Below are positions 29,163-32,000 of a stretch of DNA of 32,000 bases, piece after piece. The position numbers were made by a program, and so were the translations under genes. Numbering within the stretch: position 1 is the first letter of the stretch; every line of letters begins with the position of its first letter. Source of the DNA: Cylindrospermopsis raciborskii Cr2010 (GTDB lineage Bacteria > Cyanobacteriota > Cyanobacteriia > Cyanobacteriales > Nostocaceae); assembly GCF_003367075.2 (NCBI RefSeq), contig NZ_CP065936.1, positions 900,001-932,000 of the forward strand. The letters run 5' to 3'. The notes under the pieces were generated by a model. The model ran no database searches. It saw nothing but the letters and a program-made list of their open reading frames with translations, and was not told the origin of the DNA.

Positions 29163-30110
29163 ATGAAAAATAAAAACATTCGGATATGGATAGTAATATT
29201 TTTACCATTATATTTACTAGGATGTAGTGTTTCTCAGGTGGAAACCTCGAAGAATGGCAGTCGTGGGAAACTAAGCAAAATAAGAGTTGTAGCAACAAGT
29301 ACAATAATTACGGACTTAGTGGCACAAATAGGAGGTGAGGAGATTAGTTTAACTGGAATACTTCAACCTGGAACAGATCCCCATGTATATGAACCAGTAC
29401 CAGGAGATGGCAAGGTCTTAGAGACAGCGGATTTAATTGTATATAATGGGTATAATTTAGAGCCAGGAATTATTAAGTTAATGAATTCTACGGGTGTAAT
29501 GGCTAGAAAACTGGCAGTGGGGGAAGTAGTCAAACCCTTAAAATTAAAAACCCATCGGGGGGAAATAGTTCCCGATCCCCATGTGTGGGGGAGTGCTAAA
29601 AACACCATAACCATGGTAAATGCTATTAGAGATACTTTAGTGGAGTTGTCGGATAAGGACAGGGAAAAATTTACACGAAATGCTGCCCAACTAACTAAGG
29701 AACTGGAAAAGTTGGATAATTGGATCAAACAGGAAATTGAAACTATTCCACCGCCCAACCGCAAAATAGTTACCTCCCATGATGCTTTTCAGTATTATGC
29801 TGATGCTTACGGTATGGAGGTTATAGGGACTTTGATTGGAATTAGTACAGAAGAAAAACCCAGTGCTAAAACGGTAAAGGAATTGGTGGATGCTATTATT
29901 AGAGCGGATATTCCTACTATATTTACCGAAACTACGATTAATCCAGACTTGATGAAAACAGTAGCTCAAGAAGCGGGGGTAAAAATGGCAACAAATCAAC
30001 TTTATTCCGACTCTTTGGGTGCAAGGGGAAGTGATGCGGATACTTATATCAAAATGATGACAGTTAATACCAAAACTATTGTGATCGGTCTAACCGAAAC
30101 GGTAAAATAA
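29163..30110 (+). CDS. mntC: Metal ABC transporter substrate-binding lipoprotein, manganese (MntC/PsaA) type
   Basis: Lipobox PLYLLGCSV; ILQPGTDPHVYEPVPGDGKVLETADLIVYNGYNLEP, PDPHVWGSAKNTI, RKIVTSHDAFQYYADAYGMEVIGTL, IFTETTINP. Confidence 0.88.
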   Translation: MKNKNIRIWIVIFLPLYLLGCSVSQVETSKNGSRGKLSKIRVVATSTIITDLVAQIGGEEISLTGILQPGTDPHVYEPVPGDGKVLETADLIVYNGYNLEPGIIKLMNSTGVMARKLAVGEVVKPLKLKTHRGEIVPDPHVWGSAKNTITMVNAIRDTLVELSDKDREKFTRNAAQLTKELEKLDNWIKQEIETIPPPNRKIVTSHDAFQYYADAYGMEVIGTLIGISTEEKPSAKTVKELVDAIIRADIPTIFTETTINPDLMKTVAQEAGVKMATNQLYSDSLGARGSDADTYIKMMTVNTKTIVIGLTETVK

Positions 30111-30360
30111 AGAACATGATTGACAAAAGTCCGAGAATCTAATATTATTGTTTGCGGATTTCCCATGTTATAATTCTGGTGATGCTTTAATTGGTAAGGC
30201 GTTAACAAAAAAATTTTTTTGCTCTGTACCGGATAAATCCAAAAACGGTTGAATGATTAACTAAAATCACACCGCGTCAAATACAGTACCAAATACAAAT
30301 TATCAAAAAAGGTTTTGTTATATGTAGGCTCTTCTAAGGAGATGACGGCAGATATTTTGC

Positions 30361-30463
30361 AGTGTAAGTGGGTGAGTGGAATTAAATATAAGATCAACGT
30401 AGGTTAGGTTGAAGTATGAAACCCAACACCCGCATGGGTCTCGTTCCTCCCTACTTAACTAGG
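30361..30463. repeat. Dispersed intergenic repeat, copy 2 (shorter form)
   Basis: agtgtaagtgggtgagtggaattaaatataagatcaacgtaggttaggttgaagtatgaaacccaacaccc...cctccctacttaactagg closely matches 6695-6820. Confidence 0.8.
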
Positions 30464-30650
30464 AATGGAGCAGTGATTTATGAGTTTTCTTTAAAGGAGA
30501 CCAACATAAAGCATTACCAATTCATTGGCTTTTTTGTATTGAAGAGAATGGAATTTACCATTTTGACTATGGATGATAGTAATATCAACTTAGATTAGGA
30601 TAGGTTTTATTCTTCCTGGTGACCAAGGTTAAACGTTTGAATTTTTTTAA

Positions 30651-31775
30651 GTGTGGAGTGAAGGAAAAATTTCTGTGGACGCAAAATTATCTCCCAACCA
30701 AGGATTGAGTATTTCCGGGATCGGGTTAGCATCGGTTTTAGCAGCAGCTATGACTTGTGCCACCCTAGTTGTAGATGGTCTAGGAAATAGGGCTTTTTGG
30801 CAATCCAACTCTTTAACCATGCCATTTTTACTGAGTGCTTTGGGTAGTGCAGTAGCTGGTTTATGGTTTGTGCCACTGTTGCAAGCGTTAAAAACTGGGC
30901 AAATTATTCGAGAAGATGGACCCAAGGCCCATTTAAAGAAGGCGGGTACTCCCACCATGGGTGGTGTATTTTTCATACCCGTGGCCCTGCTAGTAGCTTG
31001 TGTGCTTTCCAATTTTGCTAAAGATGTATTGGCTGTTTCCGCTTTAACACTTGCTTACGGAACCATAGGTTGGATAGACGATTGGCAAATCCTGCTGAGG
31101 AAATCCAACAAGGGTATATCCCCCAAAACAAAATTGATTTTACAAATTGTTTTTGCCATTGGTTTTTGTGTGTGGATGATTTTAAGGGGAGACTTTAGTA
31201 TAACAAATATAGTTTTGCCCTGGGTGGGTTTTTCTTTACCTTTAGGATTCATGTTTTGGCCCTTAGCTACCTTTGTGCTAGTCGCGGAAAGCAATGCTAC
31301 TAATTTGACTGATGGAGTTGATGGGTTAGCTGGGGGAACAGTGGCGATCGCCATTTTGGGTTTAGGAGCGTTGATTGCTCCCACCGCACCCAGTTTAATG
31401 ATCTTCTGTGCAGCGGTGAGTGGTAGTTGTCTGGGATTTTTAGCTCATAATCGCAATCCCGCTCGAGTTTTCATGGGTGACACTGGTTCCCTCGCTTTAG
31501 GCGGTGCTTTAGGTGCAGTGGCCCTTTTAACTAATAATTTGGTAGGACTGTTTATTTTAAGTGGAATATTTTTTGTAGAAACTCTATCTGTAATGGCACA
31601 GGTGAGTTACTACAAAGCAACTAAGGGACCGGATGGCAAGGGCAAGCGATTATTCAAGATGGCTCCTTTACACCATCATCTGGAATTATCTGGTTGGTCT
31701 GAATTGCAGGTGGTGGGCGTGTTTTATATGATTGGTGCGGTTTTGGCCAGTATGTGTCTAGCCTTAATCAAGTGA
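30651..31775 (+). CDS. mraY: Phospho-N-acetylmuramoyl-pentapeptide-transferase MraY (GTG start; alternative GTG at 30675)
   Basis: KKAGTPTMGGVFFIPVALLVA, GWIDDWQILLRKSNKGISPKTKLILQ, NLTDGVDGLAGGTVAIA, FMGDTGSLALGGALGAVA, MAPLHHHLELSGWSELQVV. Confidence 0.96.
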   Translation: MWSEGKISVDAKLSPNQGLSISGIGLASVLAAAMTCATLVVDGLGNRAFWQSNSLTMPFLLSALGSAVAGLWFVPLLQALKTGQIIREDGPKAHLKKAGTPTMGGVFFIPVALLVACVLSNFAKDVLAVSALTLAYGTIGWIDDWQILLRKSNKGISPKTKLILQIVFAIGFCVWMILRGDFSITNIVLPWVGFSLPLGFMFWPLATFVLVAESNATNLTDGVDGLAGGTVAIAILGLGALIAPTAPSLMIFCAAVSGSCLGFLAHNRNPARVFMGDTGSLALGGALGAVALLTNNLVGLFILSGIFFVETLSVMAQVSYYKATKGPDGKGKRLFKMAPLHHHLELSGWSELQVVGVFYMIGAVLASMCLALIK

Positions 31776-31873
31776 TTTTTCTAACACCTGCCTAAACATT
31801 CAAAATGCCACCCATTTCCTAGGGTGGTTTTTTTGGTAAGCAAACGGATTGATATGGAATAATAAATATAAGT

Positions 31874-32000
31874 ATGGACACAATAGAGGACAATGTGATG
31901 GTGGAAGAAACAAACCAAAAACCCGTAGCTAAAAAAGAAAAACCCCCAGCAGTGGAAGATAAGCCATTTGAGGAGTTTATGCAAGAACACTACTTACCTG
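31874..32000 (+). CDS. DUF2996-like protein, 3'-truncated by the window edge
   Basis: The frame is open to the edge: MDTIEDNVMVEETNQKPVAKKEKPPAVEDKPFEEFMQEHYLP. The N-terminus resembles DUF2996 cyanobacterial proteins. It is not in the ORF track because it is incomplete. Confidence 0.6.
   Translation, partial: MDTIEDNVMVEETNQKPVAKKEKPPAVEDKPFEEFMQEHYLP

Larger units (their letters stand above)
333..31351. repeat. HIP1 octamers (GCGATCGC), dispersed across the window
   Basis: Read at 333, 4989, 4995 (overlapping), 8523, 10670, 18112, 22196, 26754, 27603, 28122 and 31344. Confidence 0.9.

Noticed and set aside
30416-30598. Plus-strand 60-aa ORF downstream of mntC
   Set aside because: It begins inside the dispersed repeat, and the product resembles no known family. 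It is probably noncoding.
31781-31990. Minus-strand 69-aa Phe/His-rich ORF
   Set aside because: It is antisense to the DUF2996-like gene. Its odd composition is explained by the reverse complement of Lys-rich codons.
1-32000. Defence system, toxin-antitoxin, biosynthetic cluster or retron
   Set aside because: I looked through all major ORFs and gaps and saw no nuclease, reverse transcriptase, paired toxin/antitoxin or NRPS/PKS domains. Most genes are housekeeping or transport functions.

Overview
This 32 kb window is cyanobacterial chromosome. The evidence is frequent HIP1 octamers (GCGATCGC) and cyanobacterial gene families such as ClpS, cyAbrB, DUF29, DUF2996, CmpABCD and BicA. The gene content and modest GC would fit a filamentous Nostocales genome of Raphidiopsis/Cylindrospermopsis type, but that placement is inference. 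Identifiable genes are a partial FAD-dependent oxidoreductase, a coiled-coil/TPR membrane protein with a 54-bp tandem repeat, clpS + DUF2103, DUF29, moaE, a REC-PAS-HisKA-REC hybrid kinase, pyrR, cbiB/cobD, an Rrf2 regulator, a cyAbrB regulator, a ClC-CBS channel, a GT39-like glycosyltransferase, a large membrane protein of unknown function, a serine-recombinase-like protein, cmpA/B/C/D followed by a BicA-type SulP transporter, an ExoD family protein, a Mn/Zn-type ABC transporter with divergent binding protein, mraY, and a partial DUF2996 gene. The best supported unusual observation is a complete 756-bp IS1-family element (20138..20893) with ~28-bp terminal inverted repeats and a 9-bp target duplication (CAATAATAA). 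It sits inside the 5' end of cmpB. Removing it in silico restores an in-frame cmpB with 26 additional N-terminal residues and the original ribosome-binding region. Second is a large-serine-recombinase homologue (17035..18321) that seems to lack the catalytic serine and both conserved arginines, with a perfect 8+8 bp palindrome upstream of its start. I found no CRISPR array, rRNA, tRNA or obvious defence island. I do not see decisive evidence for a new multigene system.
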